A DNA stretch of 64,000 nucleotides from Octopus vulgaris (GCA_951406725.2 OX597835.1:46996001-47060000); one strand, 5' to 3'. Positions 42,151 through 58,263 are shown, counted from the stretch's first letter. Numbers and translations: made by a program. The notes: generated by a model from the sequence alone, not told the origin.

Positions 42151-42872
42151 CATATATATATAGATATGCATGTACAGTCGATTTGTTTGTCTAAAATGCC
42201 TTCAAGACAGTACTCCGATATGACCGCAATCCAATGACTGAAACCAGTACAAGATAACTGATAAATACATAAATAAATAAATAAATAAATAACCAGCCAG
42301 ACACCATCCAAGTTTATCCAACCACTCCCCCCCTCCAGCCAACCAACCAACCAACCAACTAGCCAACTAGCCAACGAGTCAATCATCCGACTGATCACCC
42401 TTCTTACCTCCTCCCCACACACACACCACGTGACCTATTGGCTGCTAATGGCGGAATCACATTGTTAGGGGGTCCACGGATGGCGTGCCAAACAAGGATG
42501 CTGACATTAAATATTCATCAACGACATCCAGTTCGAATCACTACAAAGTCGCTCTGGGATAATAATCAACACTTGAGATCTTCGCTATACGACCAATGGT
42601 AAACACCTCACCCCATATATATATATATATATGATGTGTGTATGTGTGTGTGTGTGTGTGTAATATATGTGTGTTTGTGTGTTTGTGTATGTGTATATAT
42701 ATATATATATATATAAGTATGTATGTATATACACGTTTGTGTATGCCCATAAATGTGAATGAGACATAGAATGACAGTGAAGGAGAGAATGTGTGTGTGT
42801 GCGTAAATGTCTTTACTCCCACTTGACATGACTACAGTCATAATGATAATAATAATAATAATAATAATAATA

Positions 42873-43544
42873 TGCCCTGATGCAGTACCTTATGCCCTGG
42901 TGCAGTACCATGCCCTGATGCAGTACCATGCCCTGATGCAGTACCAATGCCCTGATGCAGTACCATGCCCTGATGCAGTACCAGGCAGTGGCTCTCATGG
43001 CTTCTGATCTTAACTGATTGGAAGTGTCATCATGTACATTGTTTTGTCTTGGTATAAAAGATGGGCTACAGCAAATATTCTGCTCAATACCACAGATTTG
43101 CTTGTCAGTTGTTTGACCTAAACCAGTTGAGCATGTCCCTTAGTGGCTGACGATATGTGCATCTCTGATCACGAGCAAAAGCAGTGGGGGAGCATCATAG
43201 CCATGTGTTGAGAAGGATTCTTTGGGGTTTGAATAATTCACCTCTGGAAACATGGGTGTTTCGTTCAACGTCCTTAAACAACCCTTATTCAGGGACCTTT
43301 TGAGCGGGATGGGCTACTCAACCTGAAGAAAATTCTAACTGGGCCCCACCTGCAAGGTCATGTGCTGTTTATCTTGATATGAGATCACCATATCGCGCAC
43401 ATATGGTTGTGATGCATGTGCCTGGTGTACCCTTATCAGACGAGTAGTCATGATGGGTATATTGGGCTTCGTATATTTTACCCCAGTGTCACTTTGATGG
43501 CATGCACTGCTCTCTCACTCAATAATAATTATAATAATAATAAT
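42873..43544 (+). mobile_element. (AAT)n-embedded interspersed element, full copy with sixfold reiterated 5' end
   Basis: Ends ...GCTCTCTCACTC(AAT)n and is preceded by (AAT)n. The same sequence occurs at 724-825 (3' part) and ~56160-56640 (minus). Confidence 0.8.
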
Positions 43545-45424
43545 GGTTTCAAATTTTGGCACGGGCCAGCAATTTCGGCGGGTGATATGGTAAGTCGATT
43601 ACATCGATCGCTATGCTCCACCGGTACTTATTTTATCGACCCCGAAATGATGAAAGGCAAAGTCGACCTTGGTGAAATTTGACCTCAGAACTCATAAGGC
43701 ATTGGTCGGCCCGGGGCTATAGCAGAAGACACTTGCCTAAGATGCCACGCAGTGGGAATGAACCCGGAACTATGTGGTTGGTTAGCAAGCTACTTACCAC
43801 ACAGCCACTCCTGCGCATATAAATACACATGCATATATTCATACAATGGTTTTGTTTTCAGCAATTGTTTTCTTTTTTATTATTATTTTGGGCCCCTTTG
43901 ATTGCTATGTTATTCTGGAGAATCTTCATATCCGTTTGATGCCTAAGAACTAGTTTTATGGACACTAATTTCAAATCGTTATTCCCTTTTCGTACATTCA
44001 CTTGTGTCGGTTGGATGACGAGAAAGGAACCAAGCTGTTTCTTGCAGTGAATATATTTGAATGAAACACTTTATATGGACTCTTAAATGGCCGCTGTAGA
44101 TGCTCGGTTTATTATTTCGTTTCCATGGATTCCCAAAACATCGCATTTGGACCCCGACTGAGAACCACCGCTTCAAATTCACTGAATGCAACAATCACAC
44201 ATATCTGTGATCATCTACGCATGTATGCATGTATGAATGTATGTATGTCTGTATGTATGTATGTATGCATGTATGCATGTATGAATGTATGAATGAATGT
44301 ATATGTATGCATGCATGAATATATGTGTGCATGTATGTATTACTGTATGTATGCATGAATATGTGTATGTACGCCTGCATGTATTTATGTATCTACATCC
44401 CCCCACATGCACCCAACACATATATTTATATATACATATACATACACACACATATATATATATATATACATATACATACATATACATACACACATATGTA
44501 TACATACTCACACATATATCTGTCTCTCTCTTCCCCTCCCCCTCTCTCTCTTTCTACATATATATATATAAATACACGCATACATATATATATATATATA
44601 TATATATGTAAAGGTATGTAGAAAAATACAACATGGACAAGAACGTATAACTCATAGAAGACGACACAATAAACACGGACAGGACATTCGAAACCCTCAG
44701 TCTTCAGTCAAGAACCGGATCATCGTAGTAATTTCGGCTGATATATATATACATATCTATATATTTATATACATACATATATATACATATGCCCCTTGTA
44801 TTTGAATACTACGCAAATATTCTTTTAAAAACCTTTTTTTCCATACATAGAGTTGAAAAAGTCTCAGTAACCGAAACCGCTGTTAAGAAGTTTTTTATGA
44901 TAAAATTATTTCAGCAGTTTACCTTGACTTTTTTTCCTTATATATATGTGTGTGTGTGTATGTGTGTGTGTGTGTAGATATAGATATAGATAGATATATA
45001 GATACATACATACATACATACATACATGCATGCATACATACATACATACATACATACATACATACATACATACATACATACATACATTCAAACATACATA
45101 CATACATACATACATATATGCCACATGAAAATACTCGCTGCTACTTGACTACGACCCTCCCGTCAATGTCCTCTGATTGATTTCACTAAATTCTGTGAAT
45201 TTTATATTTATTGAGGTTGACTTTGCTTTTATCTGATAGCTTACATCAAAAGTGTGCATATAATGTTTGTGTGTAGGTATGTGTGATCATGCGTGTCTGC
45301 GTGACTATGATATGTATATGTATATGTGTGTATATATGTCTATATATATGTATATATATGTATATGTATATATGTATATATATTTATATATATATGTATG
45401 TATGTATGTATATATGATTATATG

Positions 45425-45518
<94 letters not shown>

Positions 45519-46297
45519 TGTATGTATGTATGTATGTATGTATGTATGTATGTATGTATGCAATTTTCATTTGTGTTGAAATGAAACTCAGATCAGGAGA
45601 TCAAGAGATCAAGAGGCTAAAGTGTGGCCTCACGTGGTAATTCCTTTAATCTTGCTCTCATTATTCCTTTACAACTATTTCTAGAATCATCTGGTCTTTG
45701 ACCCACCCACCCCCCCACTCCGCTACAACCCCACATCAAATACCATCGCCATATTGGAGAAGTTGATATCACTATGGCCGAAAAGTTTATTTATATCGTT
45801 GAAGCTGACTTATTTCTCTATTCTTAGTTCGCAGATTTCCGTTCGATTTCTTGACTTCAACTTCGCTGTGTTTATAGAACTATGAATTCCTTGTCATTCA
45901 ATCGCATTGTATTGAAGTCTATCAAAGACAAAAGATCGTGCATTCTGGGAACGTGTGGAGTTGTCCATTGAAATCGAACATGATGCTTCAAGTGTGGTTA
46001 CGTTAATGGTTACAGAATATTGACTCCACCTCCAATTATTTCGAATTTTCTTAATTGAATAACTCACACAAAACAATTTAAGATCAACCCCAGTATTTTA
46101 TACGTATTTATTTTTTTGACCCCTAAAAGGGTAATTGCTACTTCAAAAAGGTGCTTAAATTACTGACACCAAAGAAGCAATCGCAATTAAATCCACATGA
46201 TTCCGGGTGAAATCGGGTTGCGTAGCAAATTGGTCGTTTTTTCTTATAGCCTCGGTTTGAGCCTTTTAAGGAGATTTCTTTTGACAGAAACTGAAAG

Positions 46298-46515
46298 GCG
46301 GCGAGCTAGCAGAAACGTTAGGACGACAGGCGGTATTTCGTCTGCCGTTACGTTCTGAGTTCAAATTCCACCGAGGTCGACTTTGCCTTTGAACCTTTCG
46401 GGGTCGATAAATAAAGTACCAGTTACGCACTGGGGTCGATGTAATCGACTTAATCCCTTTGTCTGTCCTTGTTTGTCCCTTCTATATTTAGCCCCTTGTG
46501 GGTAGTAAAGAAATA
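46298..46515 (+). mobile_element. tRNA-derived SINE family A with 12-bp target-site duplication, nested in a family B copy
   Basis: GCGGCGAGCTAGCAGAAACGTTAG...GAGTTCAAATTCC...GGTCGACTTTGCC...GGGGTCGATAAA. AGAAACTGAAAG flanks both ends (46286-46297 and 46516-46527). Confidence 0.9.
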
Positions 46516-46622
46516 AGAAACTGAAAGAAGCCCGTCCAATGTGTGTGTATATATAGATATATATATATTTATTTTTATTTTATCTAGTTTCAGCTCACGA
46601 GCTGTGGCCATGCTGGGGCACC

Positions 46623-46668
<46 letters not shown>

Positions 46669-46695
46669 AATATATGTATATATATATATATATTT

Positions 46696-46765
<70 letters not shown>

Positions 46766-46770
46766 GTGCG

Positions 46771-46808
<38 letters not shown>

Positions 46809-47641
46809 GTTGTTTCCAGCCGCCGCTTGACAACGAGTGATGCTTTGTTTACGTCCCAATAAACTTAGCAGTTCGCCCCAAGAGACCGATAGTGGCAAAC
46901 CCCAGACTTAAAAAATAAGGTTGATTCATCGAGTGAACACTTCTAGGCAGTGCTCCAGCGTGACCTCAATCTAATGGCTGAAACAAATATACGATGAAAT
47001 ATACAAATAACAAAAGATGGTAGAATGAGTAGAACAGTCGAAAATATTCCTTGAGCTGTTTAGATGCGACTGTTGACGTTGGAGTTCGAATCCCCGCCAG
47101 TCTCTACTTTCACCTCTTTTCCGTTAATCCGTAGCATTGTCGCTGATGTTGTTATTGTCCAGATCAGCCAAGATCAGCCAAGATCAAGCAAACAAACCGC
47201 TAATCAAATACTTTCCAAACAAATCCCTTTTGTATTTTAGAATATCCAGTAATAATTACACTGATTGTGATTTGTGGGTGGTTTAGCTGCTATTTCTAAC
47301 AACCTGAGTGGGCGCATGGGGGTTCTTTCATTCTTTGATTCCACTTTTCCATGAAATATACAGCAGTCAAAAATGTAAATTTCTTTAATAAAATCAAATA
47401 ACTTTCTCTTTCGATAAAAATCTGGATTTAGTGTTTCAGTCAGAAAAACACGCTCATACACACACACACGCACACACACATGCACACACACGCTCACACA
47501 CATGCACACATACACAAACACACACACATGCAAACACCTATACACACACTCACACACACACTTACACACCATTTACGAACCAAATCAAAGAATGCTACAT
47601 TATATATGTGCGTATATAATGTATGTATATATGAGTGTGTG

Positions 47642-47678
<37 letters not shown>

Positions 47679-47715
47679 ATACATATATGTATATATACAT
47701 ATATGTATATATACA

Positions 47716-47775
<60 letters not shown>

Positions 47776-47820
47776 TACATACATACATACATACGTACAT
47801 ATATATATATATATATATAT

Positions 47821-48395
<575 letters not shown>

Positions 48396-48948
48396 CAAAA
48401 TAATATATGTATATATGTTTATTCACACATACATGCACACACTCACACACAAACACATACACACACAAATACACACACACACACACACTCTCACACATAT
48501 ATGACTTTCAAATAAGGATGAAGGACCGTACATCCATAAAGCAGTTCTTTTCTATTATTACAGTCACATACACACAATACACTCTCGTGAAAACTCCTTC
48601 TGACACGTGGTTAAAGAGAATATTATTGTATATACGACGGTAAGGAAAAGCTTCATGGCCGTACAATTGCCCGTCCTTGTTTTATAGTCTTAAATATACA
48701 CTCTTTATAATCCAATGAAGCGAAACTCAGGTTTTAGCCATCGGGGGAAATACCGTGCGATTGTTTGCCTTAAACAAACTCCCGTTGTTCTTTCAATGTG
48801 GTTGGCCAGAGCCTGGATTATATTTGAGTGCTTGTAAGGTGCCTGCCCGGTTTTCATACCCCAATTCATTTGCTATATACATACATACATACATATACAT
48901 ACATACATACATATACATATACATATACATACATACATACATATACAT

Positions 48949-49003
<55 letters not shown>

Positions 49004-49009
49004 CATATA

Positions 49010-49052
<43 letters not shown>

Positions 49053-49055
49053 GTA

Positions 49056-49089
<34 letters not shown>

Positions 49090-49257
49090 CTTACTTGGAA
49101 ATGGATGCCTGGTGTTCAATCATATAATAATATAAATAATATATGACGTCCTGTACCCATATATGCATATGTATACGTATATACATATATATGTAAATAT
49201 ATACGTATATGTATGTATATATGCATATATATATATGTGTGTGTGTTGTGTGTTTGT

Positions 49258-49308
<51 letters not shown>

Positions 49309-49825
49309 TTGTGTGTGTGAGTGTGAGCGTACGTCTTTGAGTGTGTATTTGTCGCAACTCCACCACTTGACAGTCGCTGTTGCTTTGTTTACATCCCTGT
49401 AACTTAGCGGTTTGGCAAAAACACAGATAAAATAAGTACAAGACTTAATGAATTACATAAATACTGGGGTCGATTTGTTAGAGTAAACACTTCAAGGCGG
49501 TGCTCCAGCTTGGCAGCAGTCTATTGACTGAAACAAGCGAAAGGCAAAAGTAAAAAGAAAAGAAAAAAAGAAAACCCTATCCAAGATCTAAGTTCGTGGA
49601 GTGCTTGTTTCCCAACGAAATACTCCGCTTTCCGAAGAACTTCGCACTGAATAAAGACCCTCAACAGATCTTTCACTTCAATAAGGTTCATGAAATGATC
49701 TGCTCAAAAAGCATCGAGTTCTCTCTTAGGAGTTTGTCGGGGGTTTTTGTTCTCACGCACTGCAAAATACTTCTTTTCACCCATTTCACACTCATGCAAA
49801 TATACACCTGCCACGCATACGCATT

Positions 49826-49920
<95 letters not shown>

Positions 49921-50322
49921 GGTATGTATGTATATACATATATGTGTGTTTGTATACATTTTCACATATATGTAAGTGTTGGTGTTAATGTGCGCGCGCG
50001 TGTGTGTATCTGAGCGTGTGTGTGTGTGTGCATGTGTGTGTGTGTGTGTGTGTGTGCGTGTGGGTGTGTTTTACGGAGGTCTGCTTATTCATGTTGTGTC
50101 TTGATCTGAGGTCGCGTGTCACAAAGCTTCGTACGTTTATGGCCAGGCCCAGGACACCTGAGTGACCAGGGCGTAGAAGGACAACCTTTTGTTGAATTTA
50201 TTGTGTACAAGACATTAAACAACTATGAGCATAATGGCCGCATAAGTGTGTATACATACACATGTATATATGTATACGTATATATATGTGTATGTATATA
50301 TATATATATATATGTATGTGTG

Positions 50323-50355
<33 letters not shown>

Positions 50356-50361
50356 GTATAC

Positions 50362-50438
<77 letters not shown>

Positions 50439-50531
50439 CATAATGGCCGCATAAGTGTGTATACGTACACATGTATATATGTATACGTATATATATGTGT
50501 ATGTATATATATATATATATATGTATGTGTG

Positions 50532-50598
<67 letters not shown>

Positions 50599-50604
50599 GT
50601 ATAC

Positions 50605-50668
<64 letters not shown>

Positions 50669-50846
50669 TCATACATATTTACATACATATATATATATAT
50701 ATATGTACGCATACACATTAATATATGTATGTATATACATATATATATATATGTATATGTATATATATGTAAGAACATATGTATAACACACATGTATACA
50801 CACACGTATATATATATATATACACGTATATATAGATACATATATT

Positions 50847-50909
<63 letters not shown>

Positions 50910-51564
50910 GTGTGTGTGTGTGTATGCATGTATATAATTTCTATGGCTACGCGCTACCTTATTGCCTTCGCTAATCCTGAATGCGTGGAGAATGGCTGAG
51001 AGGTTTATTGAAGAAATAACTTTAGAAGTGAAAAGAAAAAAAAAAGAAGACAACAAAAGAAAAAAAACCCTTAGGAAATACATACATACAAAAAAAACAT
51101 TCCCTAAAAAAACCCCAAAGAAAACAAAGAAAATTAACGTCGAATCCCTAAATAATTTCCCACACAACGTCATTACACATATAAAGCCCTGTTGTCAAAT
51201 GATTTGTATTGCTAACCCTCAGTCCCACCCCCCTAACACCCCACACCCCCACGCTCACTTCTCCCTCTCTGTTTCTCTCTCTTTTTCTTTTCTGTGACTT
51301 TTCTCTCTCTCTCTCTCACTCTTTAACCTCATCCTCTCTTTTCCTTTGCTTTCTCTTCCTTCTCTCTATCGTTGCTTCATTAATTCCTTCAAAATTTAAA
51401 CTCACACACACGCGCGCGCGCGCACACACACACACACATACACACACACATGGATACATTATATACATGCATACATGCATACACGCATATGTATGTGTGT
51501 ATGTAATCTATTTCTCTCTCTCTCTCTCTCTTTATATATATATATATATATATATACATATATA

Positions 51565-51599
<35 letters not shown>

Positions 51600-51687
51600 C
51601 ACTATGTGTATATATATATAAATTTTATGTGTATATGTGTATATATATATAAATACATATATATGAAAGTGTGTATATATATATAAA

Positions 51688-51731
<44 letters not shown>

Positions 51732-52307
51732 ACACACACAGACATATATATAAGGGAGGAAAAAGAAAATGCTAATTGGGAAGTTAATAATTATTCATTA
51801 TCAACAACAAATTAATCCCCTTCCCCAACAGCTGTTTCAATGAATGCTCAGTAAATATTAAACTTATATTCTATATGAATTGAGCATAATGTCTTCCGCA
51901 AAAGAAGTCCTGGGTATTGAAGCAGTATTTCTGTGGATGAAACAATCCCTTCAGGAGGTTAACACAACTTCTAATTAAATATATATACTTCATACTTTCG
52001 AGGTCGATAAAAGAAGTACCAGTTGAAGACTGGGGATCGATGTAATAGATATGCGCCCCCTTCCTTGAAATTGCTGGCCTTGTACCAAGATTTGAATCCA
52101 GTATAATGAAATGAAAATGAGAGTAAAGACGGAAAGAGAGAGAGGGGGAGGAAGCAATGAAAGTTTGAGACTTCAATATCCATGCACAACACAAACGCAT
52201 AACATGTACATAGACACACACACGTATATAAGATAGGTACATACACAAATATGCTTTCACACACATATATGCATATATATGTGTGTATGTATGTGTATAT
52301 ATATATC

Positions 52308-52711
52308 TTTTACTCTTTTACTTGTTTCAGTCATTTGACTGCGGCCATGCTGGAGCACCGCCTTTAGTCGAGCAAATCGCCCCCCCCGGACTTATTCTTT
52401 GTAAGCCCAGTACTTATTCTATCGGTCTCTTTTGCCGAACTGCTAAGTGACGGGGACGTAAACACACCAGCATCGGTTGTCAAGCAATGCTAGGGGGACA
52501 AACACAGACACACAAACATATACACACACACATATATATACATATATACGACAGGCTTCTTTCAGTTTCCGTCTACCAAATCCACTCACAAGGCATTGGT
52601 CGGCCCGGGGCTATAGCAGAAGACACTTGCCCAAGATGCCACGCAGTGGGACTGAACCCGGAACCATGTGCTTGGTTAGCAAGCTACTTACCACACAGCC
52701 ACTCCTGCGCC

Positions 52712-52712
<1 letters not shown>
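52308..52712 (-). mobile_element. tRNA-derived SINE family B (CORE-like domain), full length
   Basis: Head AGGCGCAGGAGTGGCTGTGTGG (A box)...GGTTCAGTCCC (B box), then CTTGGGCAAGTGTCTT, an internal (TA/CA)n tract, and a tail ...GACTGAAACAAGTAAAAGAG. Confidence 0.9.
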
Positions 52713-52746
<34 letters not shown>

Positions 52747-52766
52747 GCATATACATATATATATAT

Positions 52767-53306
<540 letters not shown>

Positions 53307-53333
53307 TATATATATATATAACATACATGTATA

Positions 53334-53364
<31 letters not shown>

Positions 53365-53732
53365 TGTATATATACTCAGACATACATGTATGCATACAGT
53401 TGATATATGTTTGTCAGTATGCATATACATAAATACACACATACATATGTATGCATTGACAGATATAAATATACATTCCAACACACCTGCAGATACATAC
53501 ATACATAAATACAAACATACATACATACATACGTACATGCATGCATACATACATTTACACTTATTCGCTTCCATATATATATATATACAATAGCAACACG
53601 CTGTATAAATCCTATGTTATTAAGATGATTATAATCCCAGATCATCCTTTAATAAAACAAATTGCCGCTTTAAAGTTGTTTCTCAATATTTGCAGTTTAT
53701 CTATTCCCACACACATACACACACACACACAT

Positions 53733-53789
<57 letters not shown>

Positions 53790-54775
53790 ATCACTCACGC
53801 ACACAAATACACACAATGAAATAAAAAATTTTGTGGTCATAGAGACAGCCTGAAATAGCAGTCAAATCTCTTTTAAGCCAAATCCTTCCGCCTTAAAAGA
53901 AAAAAAGCAGTGTATATATTGGCTAAAGTAGTACTAGATAACCATAAACATCATGTGTTGGTCCCGGTTGGAGCACATTTGATAATATGTCTGCTCAACT
54001 GCAGATGACCCAGGGCTACACAAACAACAACAGAGTCTCACTACGCGTGCGCGCATGCACAGACACACACACAAACACACACACACACACATACACACAC
54101 GGGATCCCTGCATTGTAACTCGACATGCTAGATTTAGCAGCCAAAATCAACCTCGTATGACAGCATCTTGACATGAAAATGACTTCCTGAATAATGCAAT
54201 TCTGAATGGCTCTAAAAAGGAAGGGGTGGCCACAACTGGAATGCCTTTTCATCTGGCTATAGAACCAGGTGATTTCAGGATCGTTCTCATAATAAGGCTC
54301 CATGGATCCCTCGAGTCAACAAAAATGTTATGAGTAAAAATCTGTCCAAAGGAACTGCGTGGAAGTCGACATTCCTGTCTTTGAGGTAGTTGACGTAACC
54401 TAACACCCGGTTTAACACCGTCACTTGGCCACGACCACCCTCAACGAAGAGCACAGTCTCGCAGATAGTCAAAAGAAGTCTCCACTTAACTAGGGAAAAC
54501 TGCTCAATATTAGAATCATAGATTGTTTTTGGTCACGTACGGGCTCCTGTATTTCAAGAAGGATATTAGGAGAATTGAATGCATCTGCATGTTTATTTCT
54601 TCTGGAGAGATTATGGATGTCGCGAAGGACTGTAACAAATCGTTGAGAGACACTGAAGACAAAGTCTTGATGAGGCTGGATATAGTATCTGTAGATGTAT
54701 ATATATATATATAAGTGACGCAAACTTAGAATGTGGGTGTGTATGAATAAATATCTATATGTGTATCTATCTGTA

Positions 54776-54833
<58 letters not shown>

Positions 54834-54968
54834 ACTATCTATCTGTCTGTCTGTCTGTCTGTCTGTATGTTTGTCTATCTGTCTGTCTGTCTATCTATCT
54901 GTCTATCTGTCTATCTATCTATCTGTCTATCTGTCTTTCTATATTTATTTAAATAGATAGATAGATAA

Positions 54969-55009
<41 letters not shown>

Positions 55010-55419
55010 AAGATAAATAGATAGACATAGATAAAGAAATATATGCTTGTATTTTGTTTGTATGTGTGTGTGCGTGAGCGCGCGTGGGTTCGTGCATGAG
55101 TGCGCGTGGGTTCGTGCGTGTGTGCATGTATGTGTGCGTGCGTCTAGCGTAGTTTTATCCTTATAAGTTTCAGCGAAATAGAGCATTAAAGTATGATAGT
55201 AGAGAAATCCCTTCAAATTCCATGCAGGGAGAAAGAAGCCTGGTTTAGCTCAGCTCAAACTTTGGATATTTTGAGGCCATAGAATAAGGTAAAAGAACGA
55301 ACTTAACCAACTTTTTTTCTTACAATATGAAACTTAAAATTCGTTTTTCTCAAATTTGATACGTACCTTAGATAATATATATATATATATATGTGTGGTG
55401 TTTGTGTATATATACACAT

Positions 55420-55477
<58 letters not shown>

Positions 55478-55496
55478 GATATATATATATATACAT

Positions 55497-56116
55497 AATG
55501 CTTTCTGCAATGATTTTTCTTGGAGGACTTACATTGAATCTATTGTCAAATCGGTTGCAATGAAGGTAGGCTCACTCCTTCGCTGGAGGAGTTATCTCAC
55601 ACCTGACACTATTATTTATTTTTATAAGTCCACCATTCATCCATGCATTGTCACATATGGGCAGGTGCTCCTGCGGATCGATTAACTCTGTTGGGCCACA
55701 TTCAACGCCGTATTTGTAATGCTATTGGTCCTGATCGATCTTCTAAATTGGATTCACTCTCTCATCGTCGTCGTGTGGCTTCCTCGCTTCTTTTCAGTAT
55801 TTCCAGGGACATTGTTCAGCTGAGCTCTCTTCTCTGGTTCCTCATTTAAGAACTTATCAGCCATCAACTCAACTTGCATCCAGTTCTCATCAGTAGACTG
55901 GGCAATCCCGTAAGGCATTTTACAGGACCAGTTTCTTCGCTCGTACCTCTGGACTTTGGAATTCCCTTCCACAATCTGGTTTCGATATGACCTCCAGTCT
56001 TTTAAGTCTAATGTACATCTTCACTTATTGACTTCTGTCTAGCGTCCATTTTTTTTTTCTAGTAACTCTTACGTTTTCAGTGGTCTAAGGAGGACCTTGC
56101 AACGAGCGAATGCTTT

Positions 56117-56120
<4 letters not shown>
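55497..56120 (+). mobile_element. 5'-truncated CR1/L2-group LINE 3' end (degenerate RT C-terminus)
   Basis: Frameshifted peptides DFSWRTYIESIVKSVAMKVGSLLR..YLTPDTIIYFYKSTIHPC / HIWAGAP..LTLLGHIQRRICNAIG..LDSLSHRRRVAS / SFFARTSGLWNSLP, typical of the region after the RT domain. Confidence 0.85.
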
Positions 56121-56159
<39 letters not shown>

Positions 56160-56161
<2 letters not shown>

Positions 56162-56640
56162 CAATAGGCACATCATGACTACTCATCTGATAAGGGCACA
56201 CCAGGCACGTGTATCACAACCATATGTGGTGCTCGACATGGTGACTTCATATCAAACTAAACAGCGTGTGACCTTGCAAGTGGGACCCATCCTGCTCAAT
56301 AGATCCTTGAATAAGGATTGTTTAAGGATGTTGAACGAAACACCCCTGCTTCCAGAGGTGAATTATCCAAACCCAAAGAATTCCTATCAACACATGGCTA
56401 GGATGCTCCCCCACTTCTTCTGCTCGGGACCAGAGATGCATGTATTATCAGCCACTAAGGGACATAATCAACTGGTGAAGGTCAAACAATTGACAAGCAA
56501 ATTTGTGGTATTGAGCAGAATATTTGTTGTAGCTGTTGTAGCCTATCTTTTATTCCGAGACAAAACAACGTAAATGATAACACTTCGAATCTGTTAAGAT
56601 CAGAAGCCATGAGATCCACAGACTAGTTTTGCATCAGAAG
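56160..56640 (-). mobile_element. diverged copy of the (AAT)n-embedded element
   Basis: Reverse complement aligns with 42966-43460 (for example CTGATAAGGGCACACCAGGCAC and GTGGTATTGAGCAGAATATTTG). Confidence 0.8.
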
Positions 56641-56979
56641 TGAACTGAAATGAGAACGAACAGGTTTAGAAGAGATACTCATAGTCACCGCGTTTGATGT
56701 GATTATAGCTCACTGCTCCGCCGACCTGAACTGGTATACTGTATATGTATTCTGTAAGGATAAACGCCGGCTTTGAACTCAGAGTGAAGGGCGCTGAAAC
56801 ATGTTTAAGACATTCTCTGAAGACTCTGTCAAGACACACACACGCACAAACACAAACACACACACACACACACACATACATACAGGCATTCATGAATTTA
56901 TGGATTTATGCACGTATTGATACATATAAACAATGTTATATTCGCCCGTACACCAAGAATAATATTAAGTTGCAAATAC

Positions 56980-57016
<37 letters not shown>

Positions 57017-57249
57017 CCTATCTACCTATCTATCTATCTATCTATCTATCTACCTATCTATCTACCTATCTACCTATCTATCAGTTTATCTATACAAGTA
57101 TATATATATATATATATACATATATGTGTGTGTATGTGTGTGTGTGTTATAGTGTGTACATTAATTATGTATACATATACTCACATACACACAAAAATTT
57201 CCTCTATAATTTAAGCATATATAGATTGGTAAATAGAGACACACAGATT

Positions 57250-57302
<53 letters not shown>

Positions 57303-57850
57303 AATGTGCACGCGCGCATGTGTGCTCATATTGATGCAGATATAAGGTTACATGATTGGCTACAGATGTCACAGTGAATAGTAACTTTACAACAGGATAT
57401 CGTCTGCTCTAATTCATTAAATCTTTTGTTGATGTCTATACATCTTCAACGTACAACATAATAATATATGTATATATATATAAAAGGTAAGCATAGTAAC
57501 TGTCTAAGGGATACTAGTATCCGTATTTACCATCGGTATCATTTACCTATACTATCCCTAGGCATGGGTATGCAGGTACGCTATGCTCATAGGGTACAGG
57601 TAACAACAGAATAAACAAAAGACGATCAGGAATCAAATAGAAATAATCAGAAAATGGAGAAAACTTTTGATCAACAAACAAACAAATTGAACCACATCGG
57701 TAGATTATTTCTTAATACAAAACACGACATAACATTTCTTACGGCCGTTTCTGCTTCCAATGTTAGTCGGTGCTTAACAAAAGAAATTACGAAAACAATA
57801 TTCGTCATATAGACATATATATATACATGCTTATATACTTATGTATATAT

Positions 57851-58263
57851 ACTCTTTACTCTTTACTCTTTTACTTGTTTCAGTCATTTGACTGCGGCCA
57901 TGCTGGAGCACCGCCTTTAATCGAGCAACTCGACCCCGGGACTTATTCTTTTGTAAGCCCAGGACTTATTCTATCGGTCTCTTTTGCCGAACCGCTAAGT
58001 AACGGGGACATAAACACACCAGCATCGGTTGTCAAGCAATGCTAGGGGGACAAACACAGACACACAAACACACGCACGCATATATATATATATATATACA
58101 TATATACGACGGGCTTCTTTCAGTTTCCGTCTACCAAATCCACTCACAAGGCTTTGGTCGGCCCGAGGCTATAGTAGAAGACACTTGCCCAAGGTGCCAC
58201 GCAGTGGGACTGAACCCGGAACCATGTGGTTGGTAAACAATTACTTACCACACAGCCACTCCT
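57851..58263 (-). mobile_element. SINE family B, full length
   Basis: Near-identical to 52308-52712. Confidence 0.9.

Noticed and set aside
42873-42983. CRISPR-like array
   Set aside because: The repeats are contiguous with no unique spacers, and the context is eukaryotic with no cas genes.
44665-44745. Possible hammerhead in a (TA)n-embedded element (minus CTGAAGA...TTCGAATGTC)
   Set aside because: I could not fold a consistent stem II/GAAA arrangement. It is probably a related repeat but is unsupported as a ribozyme.
56097-56573. 158-aa ORF of complex sequence
   Set aside because: It is the antisense reading of a diverged copy of the (AAT)n-embedded repeat, and the ORF track shows no equivalent ORF for the 42873-43544 copy.
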